Notes under the pieces: model-generated
The model's input: the letters and a program-made list of their open reading frames with translations, nothing else
Database searches by the model: none
What the model was told of the DNA's origin: nothing
In this document: one piece after another, positions 15,804 to 24,375 of the stretch
How positions within the stretch are numbered: position 1 is the first letter of the stretch
How the letters are laid out: each line of letters opens with the position of its first letter
Assembly (NCBI GenBank): GCA_007128245.1
Contig: SKXU01000046.1
Coordinates: 1-30,496 of the forward strand
DNA from: Candidatus Woesearchaeota archaeon
Lineage (GTDB): Archaea > Nanobdellota > Nanobdellia > Woesearchaeales > SKIA01
Length of the DNA stretch: 30,496 nucleotides
Reading direction: 5' to 3'
Program-made: the position numbers and the translations under genes

Positions 15804-15867
15804 ACCGGGATGACCATAAGGCCCAGGATTTCCAATCCTGTGCAATACCAGATTATGCGATTGCGGC
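15785..15867 (-). tRNA. tRNA-Ser(GGA)
   Basis: GCCGCAA/TTGCGGC acceptor, G73, CAGGA-TTGGAAA-TCCTG anticodon arm, long variable arm GGCC-TTAT-GGTC, CCCGG-TTCAAAT-CCGGG T-arm; 83 nt. Confidence 0.96.
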
Positions 15868-15882
15868 TTATGTTACTCTGAA

Positions 15883-16575
15883 TTACGCATTTGTTTTTGA
15901 ATGTAACGCTTTGTTTAATGCTCGTGTCTTTTTTTCGTGCCAGAAACCGATTTGTCGAGCATACTTGCTACGTTCTGCTTCTCGTGCAATAATGATAATA
16001 TACACTGTGGAATACGTTTTTTGTCGAGGCTGGTACGTGTGGCAATTATGCTTGATAGAGAGCGAGGATAGTGCCCTGGATAATTGACTCATTCCCTTTT
16101 GGTTTACGGTCTGCACTCGGATTGTTTTGTGTCCTACGTAGGCTTCAGCGGAGAAAAACCCTTTTATCCAAGATATAAGACACAGTTTATCATTCATGAT
16201 CCATTCGGGAATTCTCCAGCCGTGCGTATCGTAGGTTCCAATTTCCTGCAAATCTTCAACCACGACACGTGAAGTTAGCTGTAACAGGTGAAACTTGTTT
16301 TTCTTAGTGATGTAGGGCGTCTTTGCATATACACTTTCAAGTATGTGCACGCACATAGAAAGCATCATCATATCATCGGGAAAGATACCGAGCGCCCAAT
16401 GGTGAACTCCATTATTATTTTGGTGCGTAACTCTCCCATCTCCCGCAAGGAACCCACATAGTGCAGCCTTCATACACATGGCTTGTTCATCTGTCCTGAT
16501 GCGTGCATGCTCGAGGTCATGTACACGCGTCCATCGCCTTTGCGCAACCAGTGCATTTCGCTCACACACTCCCAT
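15883..16575 (-). CDS. Free-standing two-motif LAGLIDADG homing-endonuclease-like protein
   Basis: LCGFLAGDG and IKGFFSAEA motifs about 100 aa apart. Start set at ATG 16575, with a TTTATAAG box about 25 nt upstream. Confidence 0.85.
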   Translation of the reverse strand: MGVCERNALVAQRRWTRVHDLEHARIRTDEQAMCMKAALCGFLAGDGRVTHQNNNGVHHWALGIFPDDMMMLSMCVHILESVYAKTPYITKKNKFHLLQLTSRVVVEDLQEIGTYDTHGWRIPEWIMNDKLCLISWIKGFFSAEAYVGHKTIRVQTVNQKGMSQLSRALSSLSIKHNCHTYQPRQKTYSTVYIIIIAREAERSKYARQIGFWHEKKTRALNKALHSKTNA

Positions 16576-16629
16576 ACAAGAAATATGCTTTTGCACTTAT
16601 AAAGAGTTGCGGCGGTGCATGTCCAGTGG

Positions 16630-17328
16630 TCATTTTTTACCCAATCGCTCGACATCGCGCACGGTCCCAAAGGCCAGTGCTTTGCCATCCACAAGAGCGT
16701 GAACAGAGAATGTACTAACGTCTGAGAGAAAGGGCGATAAGAACTTGCCTGAGAGCACGTCAGTGCCCTCTGTAAGGGAAAACATGCTCGGAAGCACCAA
16801 GAGCTCCTTGCCTTGCCAAGAACCGACGAGATAGCACTTGACGAGTTCTGAGCGCACGCCATCGCTAATCGAGATTGCTGGGTGTTCATGGCCAATGACA
16901 ATCCTTTCGTACGCAGCAGTTGATACAGGAAGCTTGTCTCCATGCACAAACAGCGTCTTGCCAACAAGAAACTCTTCAGTTAAGGTCGCGCCAAACTTTT
17001 CTGCGATAGGAAAGAGCACGGGATCATGATTGCCCACAACAAGCACCACTTCTCTGTTCTTCGAAAGTACTTCAAGAACGCGCTTTGCATGCCGCCACTC
17101 AGCATCACTTACGCGCCCAAACGCGTGCTTAAAATCTCCGTTCACCACCACTGTGCGAGGCTTTGTATGCGAAAGTATCCTTGCGAGGCGTTTAAGCAGC
17201 ACCTCTGCTTCTTGTGAGGGAAGATATACTCCTTTAGAGCGCAGCTCCGCCTCATACCCAAGATGCAAGTCAGCAATCGCTAACACACGTGTTTCTGGAA
17301 AAAATACTGCTCCGTCAATAAATTGCAT
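16630..17328 (-). CDS. Calcineurin-like metallophosphoesterase (archaeal SbcD-related/PdeM-like family)
   Basis: IADLHLGYE, VNGDFKH, VGNHD, VHGD, GHEHPAI. Confidence 0.92.
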   Translation of the reverse strand: MQFIDGAVFFPETRVLAIADLHLGYEAELRSKGVYLPSQEAEVLLKRLARILSHTKPRTVVVNGDFKHAFGRVSDAEWRHAKRVLEVLSKNREVVLVVGNHDPVLFPIAEKFGATLTEEFLVGKTLFVHGDKLPVSTAAYERIVIGHEHPAISISDGVRSELVKCYLVGSWQGKELLVLPSMFSLTEGTDVLSGKFLSPFLSDVSTFSVHALVDGKALAFGTVRDVERLGKK

Positions 17329-17334
17329 GCGGTA

Positions 17335-17359
17335 AAGAAAAAGAGAATAAAAGAAAAAG
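17335..17359 (-). terminator. Oligo-T tract after tfe
   Basis: TTTTTCTTTTATTCTCTTTTTCTTT on the minus strand just after the tfe stop. Confidence 0.5.
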
Positions 17360-17367
17360 GTTTGTGC

Positions 17368-17874
17368 CTAAAACGGCACTTCTGCTTTCTTGAGCTCGTC
17401 AACGCGCTGCGTTAGGAACTCAATCGTGCGTGCGTTGTCTTGTTGGTTCATGATTTCTGAACATTCAGGACAGCGGAATTCGTACTCTACGGCACGCTCA
17501 AAGTCCATTCGTGTGCAGGTGTTATCACACATGAAAAAGTGTGTGCTCTGCTCTTTTTTGAGTCGCTCTTGCATTTTTGCAAGTTTTGCCGTTCTAATCT
17601 TCCCCACGAGGTGCGGGATGTGGTCTTTGTTGAAGTTCCAGTAGCAGATGTACCATCCTTTCTTCTTATCCTTTTTGCGATTAAAGGTTAAGATGTTGTG
17701 CTCGTAACATCGGTACAAGATGTTTCTCATCTGGTGAATCTCAATGTCAAGATCTTCTGCGATGATGAATTCTGATACGTTTTGTTTATCAAATAGGTAT
17801 GCTACCGCTTCTAGTGCGTCTTCTCCTACAAGTTCTTGCACGACGTTGTTTGTTAGTTTTTGTGTTACCTTCAT
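17368..17874 (-). CDS. tfe: Transcription factor E (TFE, TFIIE-alpha homolog)
   Basis: wHTH (SEFIIAEDLDIEIHQMRNILY), GWYICYW, zinc ribbon C-x3-C...CPEC, typical C-terminal helix. Confidence 0.95.
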   Translation of the reverse strand: MKVTQKLTNNVVQELVGEDALEAVAYLFDKQNVSEFIIAEDLDIEIHQMRNILYRCYEHNILTFNRKKDKKKGWYICYWNFNKDHIPHLVGKIRTAKLAKMQERLKKEQSTHFFMCDNTCTRMDFERAVEYEFRCPECSEIMNQQDNARTIEFLTQRVDELKKAEVPF

Positions 17875-17887
17875 TGTGTTTTCCCCT

Positions 17888-18097
17888 CTATACCTCTACA
17901 AGACTTTCTTCTTGCGTCCACATCCCCAAGCAGGCGATGCAGCAGAATGAGTAGGTATCTGCCTCATCCTTGATTTTCCAGTGCGCATGTACAGTGAAGT
18001 GGTCTTTGTCCACAGCGATAGGTTTGTTGCAGTGCTCGCATCGTTTTTCGGTGCGTGCTTGCTTCCATTCCTTCGGTATGTCTTGAAAGTACTTCAT
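17888..18097 (-). CDS. Small zinc-finger protein, TRASH/treble-clef-like
   Basis: CEHC...FCCIAC pattern; 69 aa; 13 nt upstream of tfe. Confidence 0.7.
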   Translation of the reverse strand: MKYFQDIPKEWKQARTEKRCEHCNKPIAVDKDHFTVHAHWKIKDEADTYSFCCIACLGMWTQEESLVEV

Positions 18098-18211
18098 GTG
18101 TTCTTCGCATGAAAGCCTCTACGAGACCCCCAAATCTTTTGCCATTCACCTTATGGTAATGACCCTTTTTAAATTTTATGCTTTTATCATACCCTTGCGA
18201 GCGCGTAACTA

Positions 18212-18544
18212 CTATTCGGAGTCAATTTCATCCGCTTGCGCGAGTAGCGATGCCGCCGAGGACTGTTCTTCTCGCAAGTCTTTGCTTCCGCAATATCCAC
18301 AAATCTTGTTTTCGGCGTCAGGGCGAAATCTACTGACAAAATCGCATTTTGCACATACCAAGGATTCTTTTTGGACAGGATTCGCATCGTAGTGTTGTCG
18401 GTGAGATATCATGCCACGATCACCGCGTATGCGCCCTTGGCTTCCGTCGTAGCATTCAACACACAAGAACGTGTTGGCAGACACATACCTCACGTCTGCG
18501 CTCGGTACAGCTTTTCCGCATTGCTTGCACACAGTGGATGCCAT
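18212..18544 (-). CDS. Small double zinc-finger protein
   Basis: Four CxxC pairs (CKQC, CVEC, CAKC, CGYC) and an acidic tail. Confidence 0.8.
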   Translation of the reverse strand: MASTVCKQCGKAVPSADVRYVSANTFLCVECYDGSQGRIRGDRGMISHRQHYDANPVQKESLVCAKCDFVSRFRPDAENKICGYCGSKDLREEQSSAASLLAQADEIDSE

Positions 18545-18574
18545 GTCCCTTTTGTGATTTAGGGATATTTAAAA

Positions 18575-19804
18575 TTATTCTTCGGCTGCAATCACGCCAT
18601 ATCCTATGAGACGAAAGCGCGTTCCTGTTCTACGAGAGATAGATACGCGGTCTCCTGTGCGTGCGCACACAGGTTTTTTCAGCGATACAACAATTTCTTC
18701 TTTGCCTAGCTCAGACACCACTCCTACAGTGGCTGCTGAGTGTACGTTGAGCATGAGGAGTTCTTTGAGTTTAAGCGGCTCAATTGCTGCTTCTACTCCT
18801 ACAACGCGCTCAAGTAGCGATGTTTTGAGGCGTAGCGTGTACCATACTGGTGGAAGAGCCCCTGGCCGTCCCACGACTGACCCTACGAGCGAATCTGATT
18901 TCACAAGTCCTGGGTCAAGTGCAGTCATCATTGCTGATGATCCTCCGCACGTCAGTTTTTTCAGAGGCTGTCCTCCTGAGACGACTGACGTAACCGTGGT
19001 AGTGATGGGGTGTGCTACGCGTTTGTTTTGTTCTTCGACGACGCGTCCAGGGCGAATCTCTATTTCATCGCCCGGAGAAAATACTCCTGCCACCACAGAG
19101 CCTCCTAAAACGCCTCCTTGAAGTTTTTGTGGGCGCGTTCCAGGTTTGTTGATGTCAAAGCTTCTTGCCACGTAAAAGACAGGGTCTTGCGTTTCATCTC
19201 GCTGTGGCGTGGGGATTGTTTCTTGGATGGTAGCGATGAGTGCGTCGATATTAACGTCGTGTAGTGCGCTAATGGGTACGATGGGCGCGTCTTTGTAGGC
19301 TGTTTTTTCAAGGAACTCCTTAATTTGTTGGTAGTGTTTGTGCGCTCGCTCAACAGATACCACATCTATCTTGTTTTGCACCACAATAACGTTTTTGATG
19401 CCTGCTACTTGGAGTGCCATGAGGTGCTCAACGGTCTGTGGTTGTGGGCAGTGCTCGTTTGCTGCTACCAGTAAGAGTGCTCCGTCCATAAGTGATGCTC
19501 CTGACAACATGGTTGCCATAAGACTTTCGTGTCCTGGAGCGTCTATCAATGATATTTTTCTTGCGACAGTTGTTTTCTTTCCATCTACTTCTTCGTGCGT
19601 GGTGAATTGCTCAATTCCTTTTTTTCCTGGTATTGTGCGTATTACGCTGTCTGCGTATCCGAGACGAATAGTGATTCCTCGTTTCAGCTCTTCTGAGTGT
19701 GTGTCAGTCCACTTTCCTGAGAGTCGCTGCGTGAGTGTCGTCTTTCCGTGGTCTACGTGTCCGACAAGGCCAATGTTTACTTCTGGTTGCGTATACTCTG
19801 CCAT
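18575..19804 (-). CDS. eif2g: Translation initiation factor aIF2 gamma subunit
   Basis: GHVDHGKTT, ELKRGITI, DAPGHE, QNKID, RFRLIGYG. Start moved to ATG 19804 (MAEYTQPEVNIG). Confidence 0.97.
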   Translation of the reverse strand: MAEYTQPEVNIGLVGHVDHGKTTLTQRLSGKWTDTHSEELKRGITIRLGYADSVIRTIPGKKGIEQFTTHEEVDGKKTTVARKISLIDAPGHESLMATMLSGASLMDGALLLVAANEHCPQPQTVEHLMALQVAGIKNVIVVQNKIDVVSVERAHKHYQQIKEFLEKTAYKDAPIVPISALHDVNIDALIATIQETIPTPQRDETQDPVFYVARSFDINKPGTRPQKLQGGVLGGSVVAGVFSPGDEIEIRPGRVVEEQNKRVAHPITTTVTSVVSGGQPLKKLTCGGSSAMMTALDPGLVKSDSLVGSVVGRPGALPPVWYTLRLKTSLLERVVGVEAAIEPLKLKELLMLNVHSAATVGVVSELGKEEIVVSLKKPVCARTGDRVSISRRTGTRFRLIGYGVIAAEE

Positions 19805-19811
19805 GTATAAC

Positions 19812-20204
19812 TTACACCTGCTCTGCTGGCGCTTCTTCTTGTGGAGGTTCAACGAGTGGTTGTTTGCCTTCTTTGACGATAATAACGTTTAGCTGTGCAG
19901 TGTTTGGACCCACAGTGTTTCCTGCTACTGTTCTTCGTGAGCGCATTCCTTTTCTTTTTGAGCGAAATCCTACTCCTCCTGCTAGCAAGACTTTTCTTCG
20001 TACAGCACCTTCAACGTCTCGCCTCATAGGAAATCCCGCGTTATCAGATCCGCCTACAATTTTGAATTCATAGCCTGTTTTATCAATCATCTCTCCTTTG
20101 AACGTAGAGCCCATTTTTAGGCCAAAAAGTGGTTTCGGTTCTGCGAGTGTGAGCGGTGTTGTGTGTCCTGTCTTCGGATTTCCGACATTAATTTTAAGTT
20201 CCAT
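19812..20204 (-). CDS. rps6e: 30S ribosomal protein S6e (eS6)
   Basis: FKIVGGSDNAGFPMRRDV, RRTVAGN. ATG 20204 has a GGAGG SD; adjacent to eif2g as is usual in archaea. Confidence 0.96.
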   Translation of the reverse strand: MELKINVGNPKTGHTTPLTLAEPKPLFGLKMGSTFKGEMIDKTGYEFKIVGGSDNAGFPMRRDVEGAVRRKVLLAGGVGFRSKRKGMRSRRTVAGNTVGPNTAQLNVIIVKEGKQPLVEPPQEEAPAEQV

Positions 20205-20273
20205 TCGTATCCTCCCGAGGAGCTCTTTCATCCTCAGCACTACGCAGAAATGGCTGCGTCTTTAAAAGAGTAC

Positions 20274-20609
20274 TTACTTTTTTTGTTCATACCCAAGTTC
20301 GTTGAGGAGCCGTGAATGCCACTCGCCCACTTGTTGACGAACGCGATGATAGCCTGGAAGGGCTCGCGAGTTTATTGTAACAAATGGTGCAAGTTCCGAT
20401 CCCTTTACTTGAGGTGAGACGTCAAGACCAAGTTTTCCTTCTCGACCCCCTTTAAGGCGGTACCTGATTTCCACGGGTCGCTCTCGTCTCCATAACGCAT
20501 CTAAGTACCAAGCAGCCTCCCCAGCTTTCACCGGAAGGCCTTGAATCAAGAAGTTCGGTGCGAATCGGTCGTAAAAGGAGTGTACTGTGGTCTCAATTGT
20601 TCGTCGCAT
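20274..20609 (-). CDS. Hypothetical protein
   Basis: 111-aa ORF filling the gap between rps6e and nog1; no motif recognised. Confidence 0.6.
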   Translation of the reverse strand: MRRTIETTVHSFYDRFAPNFLIQGLPVKAGEAAWYLDALWRRERPVEIRYRLKGGREGKLGLDVSPQVKGSELAPFVTINSRALPGYHRVRQQVGEWHSRLLNELGYEQKK

Positions 20610-20661
20610 GGTTATCCGGACAAACGCCTTATTTATAAATCAACAGGTATTTTGTGTGGGT

Positions 20662-21624
20662 ATGTCGTTCGAAGATATTCCGCATTTACCCACTGCGCAG
20701 CAAGTCATGCAGTCAGCTCTGACAAGAGGAAGAAAAAAAGCTTCGAGCATTACAAAAAGAAAAACTGACACCCCCCTCACTCTTGCGCGTAAAAAAGAGC
20801 GCGAGCGAATCATTGCTATCTATCACGACATTGCTGATCGTCTTAAGAGTCTTCCAAAGCAGTTTCCTGATCTTGATACGCTCAATGAGTTTTACCGAGA
20901 ACTCCTCGCAAACGATTTTTCCCTTGATGAGTATCGTCAGCGCCTCTCGCGCGCACAAAACACTCCTCGCGCTATTGCTGCGATTCGCGATTCTGTGCGA
21001 GGAAAGATTGAGGCTGCGCAAAGTCCTCAAGAGGTAAAGCAGGCCACCAAGCATTTTATTGGTCGCACCTCAGGGGCTGTTGAGCGTATTGGCGATGACC
21101 TTGTGTGGCTTGAGGATGTTCGCAGAAAGCTGCGTACCTACCCTAAACTTAAAGAGCTCTTTACGGTGTGCATCGCGGGCTTTCCTAATGTAGGTAAAAC
21201 CACTCTTCTCAAAGCATTGACGGGCGCGTCCGCAGAGATTAATGAGTACGCATTTACTACGAAAAGTTTGAACCTGGGCTATAAGCAGATTAAAGGACGC
21301 AAGATTCAGTTTGTTGACACACCAGGAACGCTTAATCGAGAGCACATGAACGAAATTGAGATGCAAGCACACCTCGCGCTCAAATACGTTGCTGACGTTA
21401 TCGTGTATGTGTATGACTACACAGAAAGCTATGCGCTCAGTGATCAGCACGCGCTCAGAGCAGCTCTTGATGAGCATGGAAAACCTGTGATTCACTATCT
21501 CTCAAAGCAAGATCTTATTCCTGATGAAGAATTCGCACGATTCAAAGAAGAAGTAGGTGGCCTTACGCAAGAAGAATTACTTGATGCAATACATGCATTC
21601 GTGAGAACTACTCGTACACTTTAG
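20662..21624 (+). CDS. nog1: Nog1-family ribosome biogenesis GTPase
   Basis: N-terminal helical NOG1 domain (F..IP, FY.ELL), G1 GFPNVGKTT, G2 YAFTTK, G3 DTPG, G4-like SKQD. Start moved to ATG 20662. Confidence 0.92.
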   Translation: MSFEDIPHLPTAQQVMQSALTRGRKKASSITKRKTDTPLTLARKKERERIIAIYHDIADRLKSLPKQFPDLDTLNEFYRELLANDFSLDEYRQRLSRAQNTPRAIAAIRDSVRGKIEAAQSPQEVKQATKHFIGRTSGAVERIGDDLVWLEDVRRKLRTYPKLKELFTVCIAGFPNVGKTTLLKALTGASAEINEYAFTTKSLNLGYKQIKGRKIQFVDTPGTLNREHMNEIEMQAHLALKYVADVIVYVYDYTESYALSDQHALRAALDEHGKPVIHYLSKQDLIPDEEFARFKEEVGGLTQEELLDAIHAFVRTTRTL

Positions 21625-22186
21625 GTAGGCGTTTGTGCGTCTGCGTCACTTCGTTGGATCCTGCTGGTACGCGGTCCACCATGACGTAGTATCCGTTCGG
21701 TAGCTTTGATGAGACGATGTTGAGTGCTCGCTTTGCTACTTCGAGGTGTTTTTCTTCGCAACCAATCTCAATCACTACGTCTCCGCGTCGCACTTGAGCT
21801 GCAACGCCCACTGCCTTTCCGAAGCTTTTCTTCATTCCAGTGGAGAGACGGTCTGCTCCTGCACCTGATGCAAGAGGGTTTTCACGCAAGATGTGGTGCG
21901 GGAATTTGTGAATGCGAAAGAAGTATCCTTGTTTACCAGCCGCTTTTTCTAGTCGTCTGTTGGCACTCATACGTGCGGCTTCAAGGGAGCTATGTCTGAT
22001 TTGCAAATCTGTTTTCGAGACGAGCTTTACGCTGATAGGAAATGATTTAGTTCGTGATCCCATCACGAAGCGGACGATTTTTGAGTGTGGTGTTCCTCGT
22101 ACGTACTGGTAGCGTCGATATTTACTCTTACGCGTGTAGGGACGCTCTAGTCTTCTGTACGCAACAAATTTTCTGTCTCGTGCCAT
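21608..22186 (-). CDS. rpl10e: 50S ribosomal protein L10e (uL16)
   Basis: RPYTRKSKY, QIRHSSLEAAR, LRENPLASGAGADRLSTGMKKSFGK, KLP. Start moved to ATG 22186. Confidence 0.97.
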   Translation of the reverse strand: MARDRKFVAYRRLERPYTRKSKYRRYQYVRGTPHSKIVRFVMGSRTKSFPISVKLVSKTDLQIRHSSLEAARMSANRRLEKAAGKQGYFFRIHKFPHHILRENPLASGAGADRLSTGMKKSFGKAVGVAAQVRRGDVVIEIGCEEKHLEVAKRALNIVSSKLPNGYYVMVDRVPAGSNEVTQTHKRLPKVYE

Positions 22187-22217
22187 AGTGTGCGGAAAAC
22201 AAGGTCGGTTTATAAAT

Positions 22218-23537
22218 TTATTTGCCGCTCTCCGCAATAAATGGCATGATGAAATCCGCAAGCTGTTGTTTGAGGGTGTTGTAGTGCTCTTGTGTTCGCG
22301 CTTCCCATGTCAGTCGCATGAGTGGTTCTGTGTTTGATGCGCGCACGGACACCCACCATCCCTCTCCTGATGCGCGTACGCCATCAATAAGGAGGAGTTC
22401 GTCTTTTGCGAAGAGTTCTTGTGCTGCTGTCAGCACTTCTTGCTTGTCTCGCACACGGTAGTTGTGCTCTTCTGATACGAGGTATGTGTCTTTGTATGGA
22501 GCGATTTCGTCTGCGAGTCGCTTGTTCTCAAGTGCTTTGAGGACGTAAAGGAGCGTCATAAGGTGGTTTTCTGCGCAGTAGCTTTCTTTCAAAAAGAGGT
22601 GTCCGCTTTTCTCAACCCCGATATCGAGGTCGTGCTCGTACACCGCGTTTTGTACAAACACGTGCCCTACTTCTACGAGATGGTATGTACCTTGTGTTGC
22701 GCGGATCTCGTCTTGTACTGCTTGCGAGTCGCGCACAGTGGCTGCTGCTCGCGTCAGTCCTCGTTGCTTAATCAGCCATGCGCCAAGAAAGTCTGCTGGC
22801 ACCACACCACCGTCTTCATCAACAAAAACGATTCTGTCTGCGTCCGCGTCAAGCACCACTCCAATGCAGTTGTGTACCTTGCAGTACTCTTGTGCGGCAT
22901 GCGTTGCGTCCGGGTCGAGCGGGTTTGGGCTGTGCACCGAAAATGTGGGGTCGAGTTCATGATTATATAAGGTAAAGTTGTAGTCTCCTTGTTCTGCGAG
23001 TTCTTGTATCTCCGGCCCTCCAACGCCTCCTGATGGGTCTACAAAGACTTCTCGATCACTTGCAGCAAGGATGCGTTGTGCGTGCGCAACGAATGCCTTG
23101 AGATAGCTTGTTTCTGTGACGCTCCCAGGGGTTGTTTTGCGCGGTGTTGTGTACTCTTTGAGTTCCCAAAGGCCGTTGCGTGTTCCAAGTGCAAGTCCTC
23201 CTTTCTCAAGGATTTTGAATCCGTTATACTCTGGAGGGTTGTGGCTTGCTGAAACCATTATTCCCGCTTCACTGCCAGTTTCTCCGACCACCCATTTGAT
23301 TTGTGGAGTTGAGCACAGTCCAATATTGGTAACGTCAACGCCTGCATCCACAAGTCCTTGAATCACTGCTTCAAGAAGCTCAGGGCTTGTGGTTCTTGCG
23401 TCTCGCCCCACAATACACGTTGCGAGGTTGTTTCGCTGCGCAAGGGCGTTTCCTATCATGTACGCAAGTTCTTCGGTGATCTCTTGTGGCGCAAGGCCTC
23501 GTATATCATAGCTTTTAAACACGTTATCGTAAGTCAT
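22218..23537 (-). CDS. manB: Phosphomannomutase/phosphoglucomutase
   Basis: FKSYDIRG, SASHNP phosphoserine loop, DADADR metal loop, EKSGH, VRASNTEPLMR. Confidence 0.95.
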   Translation of the reverse strand: MTYDNVFKSYDIRGLAPQEITEELAYMIGNALAQRNNLATCIVGRDARTTSPELLEAVIQGLVDAGVDVTNIGLCSTPQIKWVVGETGSEAGIMVSASHNPPEYNGFKILEKGGLALGTRNGLWELKEYTTPRKTTPGSVTETSYLKAFVAHAQRILAASDREVFVDPSGGVGGPEIQELAEQGDYNFTLYNHELDPTFSVHSPNPLDPDATHAAQEYCKVHNCIGVVLDADADRIVFVDEDGGVVPADFLGAWLIKQRGLTRAAATVRDSQAVQDEIRATQGTYHLVEVGHVFVQNAVYEHDLDIGVEKSGHLFLKESYCAENHLMTLLYVLKALENKRLADEIAPYKDTYLVSEEHNYRVRDKQEVLTAAQELFAKDELLLIDGVRASGEGWWVSVRASNTEPLMRLTWEARTQEHYNTLKQQLADFIMPFIAESGK

Positions 23538-24289
23538 TGTACATCAAGGTATGTTCCTGGGAAGTTGTATCCGTAGAGCGTGTCTTGTTTTGCGAGTTTG
23601 GGAAAGACGTCGTGTTCCATGCGTGCGTATCCGTCTGGGATGAAGTTGAATACTTCAAGATCCATAATGTAGAGTCCTGCACTAATCAGGTTTGAGGGCG
23701 CATTTTCTTTTCTTGGTTTCTCAACAAAGGTAATGACTCTGTTTCCGTTAAGAAGTGCCACCCCGTATTGCGTAGGATCAGATACGCTCGTGAGCGCGAT
23801 GGTGCACGTTCCTTTGTGGTGTGAGTGGAAGGCGTACATTTCTTTGAGGTTTACTTCTTTGTAGCTTGACGCGTTTGTGAGAATAAACGTTCCGCTCAAA
23901 TACGGTTTTGCAAGATGAATTGCCCCTGCAGTTCCGAGGGGGGTGCTTTCTGTGATGATGCGCACTTCTTCTGTGAGGTGTTTGAGTGCTTGCGTGATTT
24001 CTTGTGCGTGCGCAGTAATAACATAGATATTTGGGACTCCTTGGTCAAGGAGGTGTTGTACGTTATGCTCGACCATCGTCTTTCCTTCTACCTCACTCAT
24101 CGCGGCGCGCAGGTGGTCTTGCGTGGTTCCGCACAGCACAATAGCGTGTTCAGGCAGTCCTTGGTCAAGTCCTTTTCGTATCAGTAATTCTACTGCGTGG
24201 CTACGGTTTTTTATGTGCATGCCATCAATAGATGCATCTATGCGTCGAATCAGTTTCTCGTCAATAGTAAGTGTCACTCGCTCCTTCAT
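23534..24289 (-). CDS. Ribbon-helix-helix (CopG-like) domain fused to a degenerate sugar-phosphate nucleotidyltransferase domain
   Basis: KERVTLTIDEKLIRRID...NRSHAVELLIR (RHH), then PLGTAGA, YGV, FVEKP, SAGLYI. ATGA overlap with the PMM gene. Confidence 0.87.
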   Translation of the reverse strand: MKERVTLTIDEKLIRRIDASIDGMHIKNRSHAVELLIRKGLDQGLPEHAIVLCGTTQDHLRAAMSEVEGKTMVEHNVQHLLDQGVPNIYVITAHAQEITQALKHLTEEVRIITESTPLGTAGAIHLAKPYLSGTFILTNASSYKEVNLKEMYAFHSHHKGTCTIALTSVSDPTQYGVALLNGNRVITFVEKPRKENAPSNLISAGLYIMDLEVFNFIPDGYARMEHDVFPKLAKQDTLYGYNFPGTYLDVQ

Positions 24290-24375
24290 TGTTCAGGTCA
24301 AAAATGTGTAGTTTATATTATTATGTATGATAAAAAAGATGTAGTTATATAAATACTGACAGTGCTTGTTTTTTG

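Noticed and set aside
12914-15808. 15-bp direct repeat CCGGATTTGAACCGG (12914-12928 and 15794-15808) as attL/attR
   Set aside because: Both copies are T-arms of complete, different tRNAs; no integrase is present.
18119-18145. 8-codon ORF MAKDLGVS upstream of the zinc finger and tfe
   Set aside because: Too short to support; GGTGA directly abuts the ATG, and there is no regulatory codon pattern.
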